DNA from: Clostridia bacterium
GTDB taxonomy: Bacteria > Bacillota > Clostridia > Oscillospirales > CAG-272
Assembly (NCBI GenBank): GCA_017625935.1
Contig: JAGALA010000001.1
Span: 34,473 to 98,472 of the forward strand
Direction: 5' to 3'
DNA: 64,000 bases
This document shows positions 18,078 to 26,836 of the stretch, one piece after another. The position numbers and the translations under genes were made by a program. Within the stretch, counting starts at the first letter, position 1. Each line of letters begins with the position of its first letter. The notes below the pieces were generated by a model. That model ran no database searches. It was given only the letters and a program-made list of their open reading frames with translations, and was not told where the DNA came from.

Positions 18078-19397
18078 ATGAAAAAGAAGCTGATTTTAAT
18101 TGCAATTCTCGCATTTGGCGTATTGGCGCTTATTTCCTGCGGACAAAACACCGCAAACTCGGACACGTCCACGGGCGAAAAGGCGGAATGTGTGCACGAA
18201 TATATCTCGGTGGGGACAACGGTGCCCACCTGCACAGAGGGTGGCTCTGCCACGCTTGAGTGTACTCTTTGCGGCTTTAGAAAGGACGTAACCTTAGACC
18301 CTGCGGGACACGATTTCAATGCTTCCTTCGATTGGTCAAGCGACTACACACACGCATCCGTTTTGCTTGAATGCAAGCGCGATGCAAGCCACGTATATAA
18401 CGTATCCGCAACCATATACGAGGAAACGGTTGAGCCGAGCTGCAAGACCGTCGGCTCACAAAAAATCACCGCCAAGGTTACTTGGGGAGGCAAGGACTAC
18501 ACCGACGTAAAGGAATTCAACCTCGGGCTCGGTGAATGCAAAAATACGTACTCCTTTTCCCTTCACGGTGACTCCTGCACGGACGGCTTTGATATGGAGG
18601 CTGTTTGCTCCGAATGCGGGGCGAAATCACACGCATCCTTTGATTCACACGTGCTTTTCGATATGGCAAGCTTTAAGGTTTGCGGCGGTGAGGCGGTGGT
18701 GAAGGAATGTCCGTGCGGCGAAAACGTAGAGCTTGACGAGGTGGGCGCGTGCCTTGGAGAGGTCGAGCTTGACGAGTGGACGGAAACGGACGAGGACGGC
18801 ATAACCTACACCTTTGAGCATCGCTTTTGCACAAGATGCGATTTTGAAATTATACGCAAAAAGCATTCAACAAGCGAGGGCTGCTATACGTATTTACATA
18901 GACAAACAAGCATCGTTGACGGCGACAAGGTGCTTTATTCCTTCAACGAGCCAAGATACGACGTGGTAGATTTTCACGAGCTTGTTTATTCATATGACGG
19001 CGGAAAAATTGAGTCCTGCGAAAACGGATATACCGCCGAGGTGAGCTGCAAAAAATGCGGCTACACCGCCGAAATTACGGAAAACACACACGCGTTGAAA
19101 TTTGATTTTGAAAAAATTGACCTCTCCACCCTTGGCGCGTGCGGCGGCTACCTGCTTATCAAAAAATGCCCGTGCGAAAAATCGTCGGACGTTAGCTATT
19201 CTCTTTTCTGCGACTATGAATATTCATACGAGGAAAAGAGCGTGGACGGTGAGCTGCACACAGTTAAAACCTATACCTGTGACGCGTGCAAAACAGAATT
19301 TATGTACGACGAATATATAAAGGATGGAAAGATATACGGTCTTTGGCGCTTAACCGTTGACGGCGAGGTAAAATACGAGCTTTCGCTCACTTTTTAA
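18078..19397 (+). CDS. Cys-rich lipoprotein, paralog 2
   Basis: Lipobox LALISCGQN. The modules CVHEY....PTCTEGGSATLECTLCG, SCTDGF...CSECG, VCGGE..KECPCG and SCENGY...CKKCG are present. Confidence 0.9.
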   Translation: MKKKLILIAILAFGVLALISCGQNTANSDTSTGEKAECVHEYISVGTTVPTCTEGGSATLECTLCGFRKDVTLDPAGHDFNASFDWSSDYTHASVLLECKRDASHVYNVSATIYEETVEPSCKTVGSQKITAKVTWGGKDYTDVKEFNLGLGECKNTYSFSLHGDSCTDGFDMEAVCSECGAKSHASFDSHVLFDMASFKVCGGEAVVKECPCGENVELDEVGACLGEVELDEWTETDEDGITYTFEHRFCTRCDFEIIRKKHSTSEGCYTYLHRQTSIVDGDKVLYSFNEPRYDVVDFHELVYSYDGGKIESCENGYTAEVSCKKCGYTAEITENTHALKFDFEKIDLSTLGACGGYLLIKKCPCEKSSDVSYSLFCDYEYSYEEKSVDGELHTVKTYTCDACKTEFMYDEYIKDGKIYGLWRLTVDGEVKYELSLTF

Positions 19398-19430
19398 GAA
19401 AAATTTATTTAAAATTCGGGAGGAACGGAT

Positions 19431-20942
19431 ATGAAAAAAAGAATAGCTTTAATGATGACTCTTGCACTTATGCTCATTTTCATTTTTCTGCTTTGCTCCT
19501 GTGGCAAGGAAAACGAACAAACCAAGATTATTTATATTGACAGAAACGAAAAGTACGGCTACTGCGAGCACAGATGGGAGTCACAGGGGCAAACCTCACC
19601 CACCTGCACAAAAGAAGGCGCAAACTATATGAAATGCACCCTTTGCGGTGAGAGAAAAACTGTCAAAATTCCAACAGTTGAGTGTGAATATGAAGAAAGC
19701 TGGCAATGGTACAATAATAATAATTCCGTTGCGCTTATTCTTCACTGCAAGCATAATCCCGCGCACAATAAAACAGTAACGGGACACGTAAGCTACATCT
19801 ACGGTCAGCTGATACAGCCCTCAACCTGCACGGAGGCGGGCAAGCTTAGCTACCGTGCAAGCGCAGTTTATCAAGGAAAAACGTACTCTACGGAAAAAAT
19901 AGAAACGCTTTCACGTACACCGCACAAGTATGAAACAGTTACAACCCAGATGGGCGGTTGCCTTGGCAGAACAAGAACCGTACAAAAATGCACAGAGTGC
20001 GGTATTGAAAAAATCTACACCGAAAAAATAACCTACGAGCACACAGACACTGCCTTGAAGGCACGCTATGACCTGACGAGCTACGGCTACTGCGGCGGCT
20101 ATATTGAAATAAAGGGATGCGAGTGCGGCGAGATAACCTATCTTAACATCAAGCCAAGCTGTCAGGATTTAAAAGAGGTGTGCGAGGTAGTAAGCGAGGA
20201 CGAAAAAACAGGCGAAAGACACGTAAGAATGACCTCAATTTGCACCGCCTGCTCACTGTGCATTGTAAACGAGCTTGGCACATATGATGGCTGTGAGCTC
20301 TACTCAAAAACAACCGTTGCCCTTAACGGTGACACTGTGATTTCATACTGCGATGTAAACGAAGCAAACCACGATCTCCTCAGTATGAATCACGAAACGG
20401 TGATAACGTATGAAGGCTTAAAGGCAAGCTGCAAGGACGGATACTTTTTGGTATTTTCCTGCGTCAAGTGCCCGTACGAAAAGAAGCTTTACACAAAGGG
20501 ACACTACTTGACAAGCGAGTCCGAGTCGTTCAGTGACACGTGCGGTATTGGCGTTACCGTGGAAAAATGCCATTGCGGCTACATCGGTGATATAGAATTA
20601 GAATACGTTGACCGCCAAGAAACCGAAATTTCACCAAGCGAGCACTTTGGTGAAAGCACAGGCTTGCAATATCTTGCAAAAGCCTATAAATGCACCGAGT
20701 GCGGCATTTCCTACTATTTCGGTCCCGTTTTGGAGGTTGCCGAGGTTGACGGAACGGAAATTGCTTTGATTTATGAAATCTGCTCGATAAAAAAGGACGG
20801 CGAGATAATTTATGAGATAAGCTCCTCAAACGTTAGCTACTTAAACGCCTCCCCGAGCTTCACCTTTACCAGGGACCCCGTTGATGAGGAGCGAGCCTTG
20901 CTCGATGATTATTTTAATTCGATAAAAAATCAAGCGCAATAA
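19431..20942 (+). CDS. Cys-rich lipoprotein, paralog 3
   Basis: Lipobox LLCSCGKEN, GGAGG RBS, and the same module order as paralogs 1, 2 and 4 (CEHRWESQGQTSPTCTKEGANYMKCTLCG...). Confidence 0.9.
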   Translation: MKKRIALMMTLALMLIFIFLLCSCGKENEQTKIIYIDRNEKYGYCEHRWESQGQTSPTCTKEGANYMKCTLCGERKTVKIPTVECEYEESWQWYNNNNSVALILHCKHNPAHNKTVTGHVSYIYGQLIQPSTCTEAGKLSYRASAVYQGKTYSTEKIETLSRTPHKYETVTTQMGGCLGRTRTVQKCTECGIEKIYTEKITYEHTDTALKARYDLTSYGYCGGYIEIKGCECGEITYLNIKPSCQDLKEVCEVVSEDEKTGERHVRMTSICTACSLCIVNELGTYDGCELYSKTTVALNGDTVISYCDVNEANHDLLSMNHETVITYEGLKASCKDGYFLVFSCVKCPYEKKLYTKGHYLTSESESFSDTCGIGVTVEKCHCGYIGDIELEYVDRQETEISPSEHFGESTGLQYLAKAYKCTECGISYYFGPVLEVAEVDGTEIALIYEICSIKKDGEIIYEISSSNVSYLNASPSFTFTRDPVDEERALLDDYFNSIKNQAQ

Positions 20943-20979
20943 GAAAACAGCAAAAACAGCCACCACGGGGGAATAAAAC

Positions 20980-22626
20980 ATGAAAAAAAGAATTATTTCA
21001 ATTGCACTTTTAGCATTTTCCTTTGTTTTCGCGCTCCTTCTTGCCTCTTGCGGTAAGGGAAATGAAAGAACAGAGGTAGTATTTATTGAAAAACCCGATA
21101 GATACGAATCGTGCGAGCATAATTGGCAAATAAAAAGTCAAACCCTTGCAACCTGCGTTTCAGAGGGCAAAATCACAATGAGCTGTACGCTTTGCCGCAA
21201 GGTCAACACAGTATCAACGCCCAAGACCGAATGTGAATATAACACCTATTGGAAATGGCACAACAATCAAACCTTAGCGCGCCTTTATTTTGACTGTCCG
21301 TACAATTCCGCACATACGTATTCCGTTGACGGCACATGCACGACTACAACCGTTGAAAAAACCTGCTTACAGCGCGGCTCTGTCACGAAAGTTGCCGAGG
21401 TTACTCATAACGGAGAAAAATACACCGACACGCTTATTATCGACAAGGGTTTGGGCGCTCACAACTACAAAACCACATATGAGCTTCTCGCATTTAACTG
21501 CGAGGACGGAATAAAAAGGACCGACACCTGCACCGTTTGCGGTGACGTGCAAGAGAGCATTGAATATTCGCATCGTTTATTAAACGAGGAAACGGTATAT
21601 TCCTTCGACGAGCTTGGTCTTTGCGCGGGAGGCAGTATTACACAGCGCGTATGCTTATGCGGTGAAACGCGTAGTGATAAATATACCGTACACAATTCGA
21701 GCTGTACCGTAACACGTAATAAGAATATTGCACATAACGGCACAATAGATTATTACAGCATTACAGATGTATGTAGCGAGTGCGGCTTTACCTACAAGTT
21801 TGACGGCGCCGCCACCCATGATAGCACGGACAGATATATGTACGCATACAAAATAAACACATATACTCTTACGGAAGATATCACCCTAATTAACGAAGCT
21901 TTTGATAATAGCGCGCACGATTTATTCGAGCATAAGGTTGAATACACCTACAATATGATAGACAACCGCTGGCACGAACAAACCGCCACCTGCACTGAAT
22001 GCTTGTATAAGCATAAAAATCAAGCATTACACAGTATGAGCTATTTCTACGAGCCGCTTGGAAAAACATGTCTTGACGGGGTGAAAGCATCGGGCGAATG
22101 CCGCGATTGTGGATATACCAATGAATACGTTACCTACAATCACACAACATCAGGCGTAAAGGAAATCTATGACCTTGAAAGCTACGGCTTCTGCCAAGGA
22201 GAAATAGTCCTTGAGGTGTGCTATTGCGGATATGAGCGCTTAGCGCCAAGAGGCGTGCATTGGTACAGCCAACGCACAAGCGAGAAAAAGGAAGAAACCG
22301 ACACATCAATTCTCATCAAGAAAACCGAAAGATGCTCAAAATGCGGATTTTCCATAGAAACAGTCGATGAGCGCACGTTAATTGACGGTGCTTGGTACAA
22401 AACCGGCATCATCACAAACATTTATTTGGATGAGGAAACAGCGCTTACATCAAGAAAGGATATCTTTAAGCTACACAGCGGCATTCCGCTACCCGACGAG
22501 GAGATACCTAAAGCAATAGAAGAGCTTGAAGCATTGCTAAACGACGCAAGCTGCACCTTGGACGACGATATGCGGCGAATCCTTACTTACTATTTGGAGG
22601 ATTTGAAAAATCGCCAAGCGAACTAA
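20980..22626 (+). CDS. Cys-rich lipoprotein, paralog 4
   Basis: Lipobox LLASCGKGN. It begins CEHNWQIKSQTLATCVSEGKITMSCTLC... and has a helical acidic C-terminal tail. Confidence 0.9.
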   Translation: MKKRIISIALLAFSFVFALLLASCGKGNERTEVVFIEKPDRYESCEHNWQIKSQTLATCVSEGKITMSCTLCRKVNTVSTPKTECEYNTYWKWHNNQTLARLYFDCPYNSAHTYSVDGTCTTTTVEKTCLQRGSVTKVAEVTHNGEKYTDTLIIDKGLGAHNYKTTYELLAFNCEDGIKRTDTCTVCGDVQESIEYSHRLLNEETVYSFDELGLCAGGSITQRVCLCGETRSDKYTVHNSSCTVTRNKNIAHNGTIDYYSITDVCSECGFTYKFDGAATHDSTDRYMYAYKINTYTLTEDITLINEAFDNSAHDLFEHKVEYTYNMIDNRWHEQTATCTECLYKHKNQALHSMSYFYEPLGKTCLDGVKASGECRDCGYTNEYVTYNHTTSGVKEIYDLESYGFCQGEIVLEVCYCGYERLAPRGVHWYSQRTSEKKEETDTSILIKKTERCSKCGFSIETVDERTLIDGAWYKTGIITNIYLDEETALTSRKDIFKLHSGIPLPDEEIPKAIEELEALLNDASCTLDDDMRRILTYYLEDLKNRQAN

Positions 22627-22671
22627 GCACCGCAAATCAAGACAAATTTATTCTTCTCTTTGCATATATAA

Positions 22672-22702
22672 CAAAAAACAGCCACCCTGTGGCTGTTTTT
22701 TA
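22672..22702. terminator. Bidirectional terminator
   Basis: An A6 run is followed by the stem cagccac / gtggctg and a T6 run, between convergent genes. Confidence 0.75.
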
Positions 22703-22918
22703 ATATAATTTTTTCGGCGTGTCGATTATCCCCACCAAATAGTCTATACTTATATTGTAAAATTCTGCAAGCTTTATATATTTGTCTATACCCATTAGTT
22801 GCTTGCCCGTTTCATACTTACTGATTTGCTCCTGTGTTGTTTCAAGAATCTTGGCAATATCAGATTGCTTCAAATCCCTATCCTCGCGCACATCTTTTAA
22901 TCTGTTTTTAATTTTCAT
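22700..22918 (-). CDS. XRE-family HTH transcriptional regulator (small, Cro/cI-like)
   Basis: It carries the HTH_3 pattern (LKQSDIAKILETTQEQISKYETGK). The track start (TTG at 22930) is probably spurious, and the ATG at 22918 gives MKIKNRLKDVRED.... Confidence 0.8.
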   Translation of the reverse strand: MKIKNRLKDVREDRDLKQSDIAKILETTQEQISKYETGKQLMGIDKYIKLAEFYNISIDYLVGIIDTPKKLY

Positions 22919-22949
22919 ATTTCCTCGCAAAAATATCTTAAAAAGTATA

Positions 22950-22978
22950 TTGACATTATAACCTATAAGGTGTATAAT
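22950..22978 (+). promoter_or_regulatory. Perfect-consensus SigA promoter driving the plus-strand XRE gene
   Basis: TTGACA (22950-55), a 17-nt spacer, then TATAAT (22973-78). It is flanked by the similar half-sites aacctataaggtg / taccttatgaggta. Confidence 0.7.
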
Positions 22979-23017
22979 GTTATATAAATATACCTTATGA
23001 GGTATAAAGGAGAAAAA

Positions 23018-23227
23018 ATGAAAACAAAAGCATTAAAGCAACGAATTGGTCGTTTACTAAAAAAGGTAAGAATTGAGCATTGTAAAAGCAAGGCAGAAAT
23101 TGCTTTTATATTAGAAGTAAGTACGCAACATTATAAAAGCATAGAAACGGGACGAAAAAATCTTTTTTTGAGTCAAGCTATTAAATTATCAAAGTATTAT
23201 AATGTTAGTCTGGATATTTTTTGTTAA
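23018..23227 (+). CDS. XRE-family HTH transcriptional regulator (small)
   Basis: An AAGGAG RBS precedes the ATG at 23018 (MKTKALKQRIGRLLKK...), and the HTH is KSKAEIAFILEVSTQHYKSIETGRK. The track start at 22997 lacks an RBS. Confidence 0.8.
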   Translation: MKTKALKQRIGRLLKKVRIEHCKSKAEIAFILEVSTQHYKSIETGRKNLFLSQAIKLSKYYNVSLDIFC

Positions 23228-23253
23228 AAGCGAGAGGAAAATCCTCTCGCTTT
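23228..23253. terminator. Bidirectional terminator hairpin
   Basis: The stem is aagcgagagg / cctctcgctt with loop aaaat, between convergent genes. Confidence 0.6.
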
Positions 23254-24117
23254 CTATCCATTCTTATATTCCTCTAATATTTCCTTTGCCACCCATTGAT
23301 TGGTTTGTGGACTGTAGTGAATGAGGTCCCAACGGAAAAGAGTGTACGGGTCGTCGGGGTTGTAGTGCGGTGCGCGTGTGCTGTCAAACATAGTAACGTT
23401 GGGTAGATCATGGCAAAGCTCGCCGAACACCTCGTTGATAAATCGCATTGACGGCAGGTGCTTGCCGTCCTCAATGCCGCTTAAGACCGCTTCAAAATTC
23501 AATTTATGAAGCACAATGGGAAATTGTGCGCCGAGCGACTCGCGCAAGCCGGCAAAAATTGTTTTATACGTATTTTTCAAGCGGTCATCGTTCTTTAAAT
23601 TGGGAACCGACTGCCAAAACTCCTGCTCGCCACCGCGCCAATGCATACCTACAAAATCGGGCTCGAGCTCGTTTTCCTCCATATATTTTTTGAATAGCGA
23701 AAGCACGTGGCAAGCAAGCGGATACATTGAAATGTCGCAATCACCGAGCTTGCCCGGGATGAGCTTTCTTTGGCGCGTGGGTGACCACATTCCGTAAACG
23801 CCCTGTGAACCGATTGAAATATGAATTATGTATAGGTCGGGCAGGTTAGCACCGCTGTCAATATCGCTCTGCCACGCTTTTGCCAAGCAGTTTGCAACGG
23901 AATACGTGTTGTCCTGATTCTCCGCCAAATTCATTCCATAGCTTGTGTATCCCGTGAACTTCAGTTTTTCCGTATCAAACGATTGGTTCGGCTCGCGGTT
24001 TAAGCCTAAAACGTTTTTAAGCGGCTCCTTTATTATATCCTCCTCTGCCATCGGCACGCCGTGTCCTGTCGCATTTGACTGACCGAAAAGCATAAATACT
24101 GCAATTTTTTTCATCAT
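23254..24117 (-). CDS. SASA-type (sialate O-acetylesterase-like, SGNH-related) carbohydrate esterase
   Basis: 287 aa with the N-terminal motif FMLFGQSNATGHG characteristic of the DUF303/SASA family. There is no signal peptide. Confidence 0.65.
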   Translation of the reverse strand: MMKKIAVFMLFGQSNATGHGVPMAEEDIIKEPLKNVLGLNREPNQSFDTEKLKFTGYTSYGMNLAENQDNTYSVANCLAKAWQSDIDSGANLPDLYIIHISIGSQGVYGMWSPTRQRKLIPGKLGDCDISMYPLACHVLSLFKKYMEENELEPDFVGMHWRGGEQEFWQSVPNLKNDDRLKNTYKTIFAGLRESLGAQFPIVLHKLNFEAVLSGIEDGKHLPSMRFINEVFGELCHDLPNVTMFDSTRAPHYNPDDPYTLFRWDLIHYSPQTNQWVAKEILEEYKNG

Positions 24118-24192
24118 TATCTCCTTAGCTTACGCGTTTTTTTCAGTATATCATTTTACAAATGATAAATCAATACAAACGGTCAAAAGCAG

Positions 24193-24221
24193 TTGACAGA
24201 ATTTTTAAGAAATGATATAAT
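24193..24221 (+). promoter_or_regulatory. Perfect-consensus SigA promoter
   Basis: TTGACA (24193-98), a 17-nt spacer, then TATAAT (24216-21), upstream of 24277. Confidence 0.7.
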
Positions 24222-24276
24222 TTATCTTGAAAACACGACGGCTTTGATTCCGTCGAACTTAAGGAGATAAAACAAA

Positions 24277-25116
24277 ATGTACAAAATAGGACTTTCCACC
24301 CCGTCAAACGAGGAAATTTGCGAGGAATTTTTCAAAAGCTGTGCCGAAAGCGGCGTTTCGCACGTTGAAATTTCCGTGAGCGACGAGCTTTCAAGAAAAT
24401 TAAATTACCAAAAAATCAAGGAATGGGCAGATAAATACGGCATTGTGCTTTGGTCGTTCCATTTGCCGTTTTGGCCATTTAACGCGCTTGACATTTCAAA
24501 GCCCGAGCTTGCAGATGCAACCGTTGAATACTTAAAGGGCTACATCGATAAATCAAGCAAAATCGGCATTGACAAATTTGTTATTCACGCAAGCGGCGAG
24601 CCTATTGACGACGCCGACCGCGCGCAAAGAATGGAAAGAGCGAAAAAATCGCTCGCGATCCTTGCCGAGTACGCGGCAGAGCGCGGTGCGAAAATTGCGG
24701 TTGAAAATCTTCCGCGCACCTGTCTTGGCAGAAATTCAAGCGATATAAAGGAGCTCCTCTCCGCTCACCCTGCGCTTGTCTCCTGCTTTGATACAAACCA
24801 TTTGCTTGCTGAGGATTTTGGCGAGTATATAGACAAAATCGGAGATAAAATTATAACGCTGCACGTCTCCGACTATGACTTTAAGGACGAGCGCCATTGG
24901 CTCCCGTACGAGGGAAAAATCGATTGGCAAAGATTGCTTAAAAAGCTCGCTTCAAATAACTATACAGGCGTTTGGCTGTACGAAATCGATTTTAACGCGC
25001 CGTGGACGATAGAGAGAGCGCGACGCCTCACACCAAGCGATTTTGTAGATAACGCGAAAAGCGTTTTTGCAAACGAAAAGCCAAGCTTCCTTGGCACACC
25101 GAAGGAAAATTTATAA
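24277..25116 (+). CDS. Sugar phosphate isomerase/epimerase (xylose-isomerase-like TIM barrel)
   Basis: 279 aa with an AP_endonuc_2-type pattern (FVIHASGEP, AVENLP, FDTNHL, LHVSDYD...HWLP.EG.IDW). Confidence 0.75.
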   Translation: MYKIGLSTPSNEEICEEFFKSCAESGVSHVEISVSDELSRKLNYQKIKEWADKYGIVLWSFHLPFWPFNALDISKPELADATVEYLKGYIDKSSKIGIDKFVIHASGEPIDDADRAQRMERAKKSLAILAEYAAERGAKIAVENLPRTCLGRNSSDIKELLSAHPALVSCFDTNHLLAEDFGEYIDKIGDKIITLHVSDYDFKDERHWLPYEGKIDWQRLLKKLASNNYTGVWLYEIDFNAPWTIERARRLTPSDFVDNAKSVFANEKPSFLGTPKENL

Positions 25117-25136
25117 AACCGAAAAGGGGGATAAAA

Positions 25137-25463
25137 ATGACCGTTTTATTTATACTTTTTGTGCTTTTATGCATTATTTTAATACCCCTATTAATAGTCG
25201 TTGATATCGCGCTTGTGATTTTCGCAATTATGATTATCATTTCTGACGCGTCAATCATAAAGGAAACAAAGGGCAAAAAGGGCGCTATCAAAATGGTTGT
25301 TGACGACACGATGGAGGCGCTTGACGAGGTTACCGACATCAAGGACTACGCCGCCGATGCCGCAACCGTTGCCGCCGAGGCAGTTTCCGAGGTTGCCGAT
25401 AAATTTGCCACCGCGGCAAGCGCAGGTGCAGAGGCAGTAAAGGAATCATTCGAGGCGCTATAA
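25137..25463 (+). CDS. Small membrane protein with Ala-rich helical tail
   Basis: 108 aa with two N-terminal hydrophobic helices and a GGGGG-type RBS (aaaaggggga). Confidence 0.6.
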   Translation: MTVLFILFVLLCIILIPLLIVVDIALVIFAIMIIISDASIIKETKGKKGAIKMVVDDTMEALDEVTDIKDYAADAATVAAEAVSEVADKFATAASAGAEAVKESFEAL

Positions 25464-25467
25464 TACC

Positions 25468-25508
25468 AAAAAGGGGCTGTCGCATTGTTAAGCGACGCCC
25501 CTTTTTTA
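25468..25508 (+). terminator. Rho-independent terminator
   Basis: The stem is aaaaggggctgtcgc / gcgacgcccctttt, followed by a T-run. Confidence 0.75.
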
Positions 25509-25510
25509 TA

Positions 25511-25614
25511 GATGTGCTTTAGCACAATTTATGACGTAGTCAATTCATGAAAGCTTGCTTTCAATTCATGCAGCCTCAAGCTGCAATTCATCAAGCGTCA
25601 TATTATGACGCTTA
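25511..25614 (-). repeat. Hairpin array D: AATTCAT linkers (reverse complement of array B motif) separating unrelated hairpins; overlaps the stop codon of 25612..25926
   Basis: The linkers are AATTTAT at 25526 and AATTCAT at 25542, 25563 and 25585. The hairpins are gtgctttagcac, gacgtagtc, gaaagcttgctttc, gcagcctcaagctgc and aagcgtcatattatgacgctt. On the minus strand the motif reads CATGAATTG. Confidence 0.8.
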
Positions 25615-25926
25615 GCTTGCTTCGCGCTCTCTTTGCCTGTCAAGGTGCAAATTGCGGAAGTAAAGTGCAACGTCAATTGAGATTGCAACGAAGTTGACGA
25701 TGTAGAAAACAAAGCTGAGATAGAACACAAAGCCGCTTGAGCCCTGTGTGATTTGAATGATTTTGCGCACAATTCCGAATATGTATCCAACCAAAAGGAA
25801 AATTTCAAAAAACAGGCTTTTTCCCTTCGTCGTTCTCGAAATGTATGATTTTCTTATTGATATTGGCCAAGAAAGACCAAAGCATAAAATTGTAAGTGCC
25901 TCAAGCAAGTCTATTACTATATCCAT
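25612..25926 (-). CDS. PQ-loop / SemiSWEET-like 3-TM membrane protein
   Basis: 104 aa with three hydrophobic helices. FGLSWPISIRKSYISRTTKGKS resembles the PQ-loop motif followed by a basic loop. Confidence 0.5.
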   Translation of the reverse strand: MDIVIDLLEALTILCFGLSWPISIRKSYISRTTKGKSLFFEIFLLVGYIFGIVRKIIQITQGSSGFVFYLSFVFYIVNFVAISIDVALYFRNLHLDRQREREAS

Positions 25927-26015
25927 TGTTAACCTCTTTTATTGTTTTTCTTTACCACGTGTCGCTTTTCGTCCCCCAAAACAAGCGAATTATCGACACA
26001 GGGTATCGTTTTTTA

Positions 26016-26618
26016 TTAACCGACCTGACCCTTAAGATGTGCAAGGGAAAGTGCTAAATTTTCCTGTACTATTGATATGCCGCTTGGCAAGGTGAGCTTG
26101 CACGGCGCAAAATTCCAAATACCTTTTATTTTGCAGGAAAGCAAAAGGTCGCAAATTTCCTGTGCGCTTTTTTCGCCAACCGCGATTATTCCGATTTTGA
26201 CCTTCTTTTCGCGGCAGATTCTTTCAAGCTCGCTAAGTGGGAAAACTCGCTCGTTTCCGCGCACAATGTCCTCATTTATATCAAACGCACCAACAATTTT
26301 CACGCCAAAATCCTCAAATCCGCTGTAATCAAGCAAGGCTCTGCCCAATTTTCCTGCGCCGACAATAACTGCATTGGTTGTTTTTCCGCTTCCGAGCGCG
26401 CGCTCAAGCGCTTCGACAAGCTCCTCGCGGTTATATCCGACACGCGGCTTTCCCTTTCCCGAAACCGCGCTTAAGTCCTTCCTTACCTGCACCTCGCCAA
26501 GATAAAGCGATTTTGCCACGTAAGCCGAGGAAATATACTCCTCGCTCGATTCCTTCAAAAATTCAAGATACTTTGGCAATCTGCCAAGTGTTGCCATGCC
26601 AATTGATAGCTTGCTCAC
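26016..26618 (-). CDS. rex: Redox-sensing transcriptional repressor Rex
   Basis: 200 aa. It has an N-terminal winged helix (ATLGRLPKYLEFLKE...QVRKDLS..G.GKPRVGYN), a Rossmann motif (VGAGKLGRALLDY) and the C-terminal GIWNFAP. Confidence 0.9.
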   Translation of the reverse strand: MSKLSIGMATLGRLPKYLEFLKESSEEYISSAYVAKSLYLGEVQVRKDLSAVSGKGKPRVGYNREELVEALERALGSGKTTNAVIVGAGKLGRALLDYSGFEDFGVKIVGAFDINEDIVRGNERVFPLSELERICREKKVKIGIIAVGEKSAQEICDLLLSCKIKGIWNFAPCKLTLPSGISIVQENLALSLAHLKGQVG

Positions 26619-26810
26619 GGTGTACCTCCTTAAAAGCTCTACTCACATTCGGTAGATAAATTATCGATAAAACGAATATCGATAACAGTTGCACCTATTA
26701 TAGCACACAAAATTTATAAGTTCAAGACCTAATTTGAATTTATTGCATTAATCAAGCTTTTTAGCTCAAGCACACTCTCTTCAGATGTCCTTTTTTGTGA
26801 CCATCGGAAC

Positions 26811-26832
26811 AAAAAGGGCGGTTTTCCCGCCC
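26811..26832 (-). terminator. Terminator after HAD gene
   Basis: The stem is gggcgg / ccgccc, with a U-run on the minus transcript. Confidence 0.65.
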
Positions 26833-26836
26833 TAAT

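Noticed and set aside
26655-26830. Rex operator upstream of rex (palindromes TTATCGATAA / TATCGATAAC at about 26661-90 and TTTTGT-N10-ACAAAA at about 26793-815)
   Set aside because: Neither matches the established Rex box (TTGTGAA-N4-6-TTCACAA type). The second palindrome is part of the U-tract region of the HAD-gene terminator. It is left uncalled.
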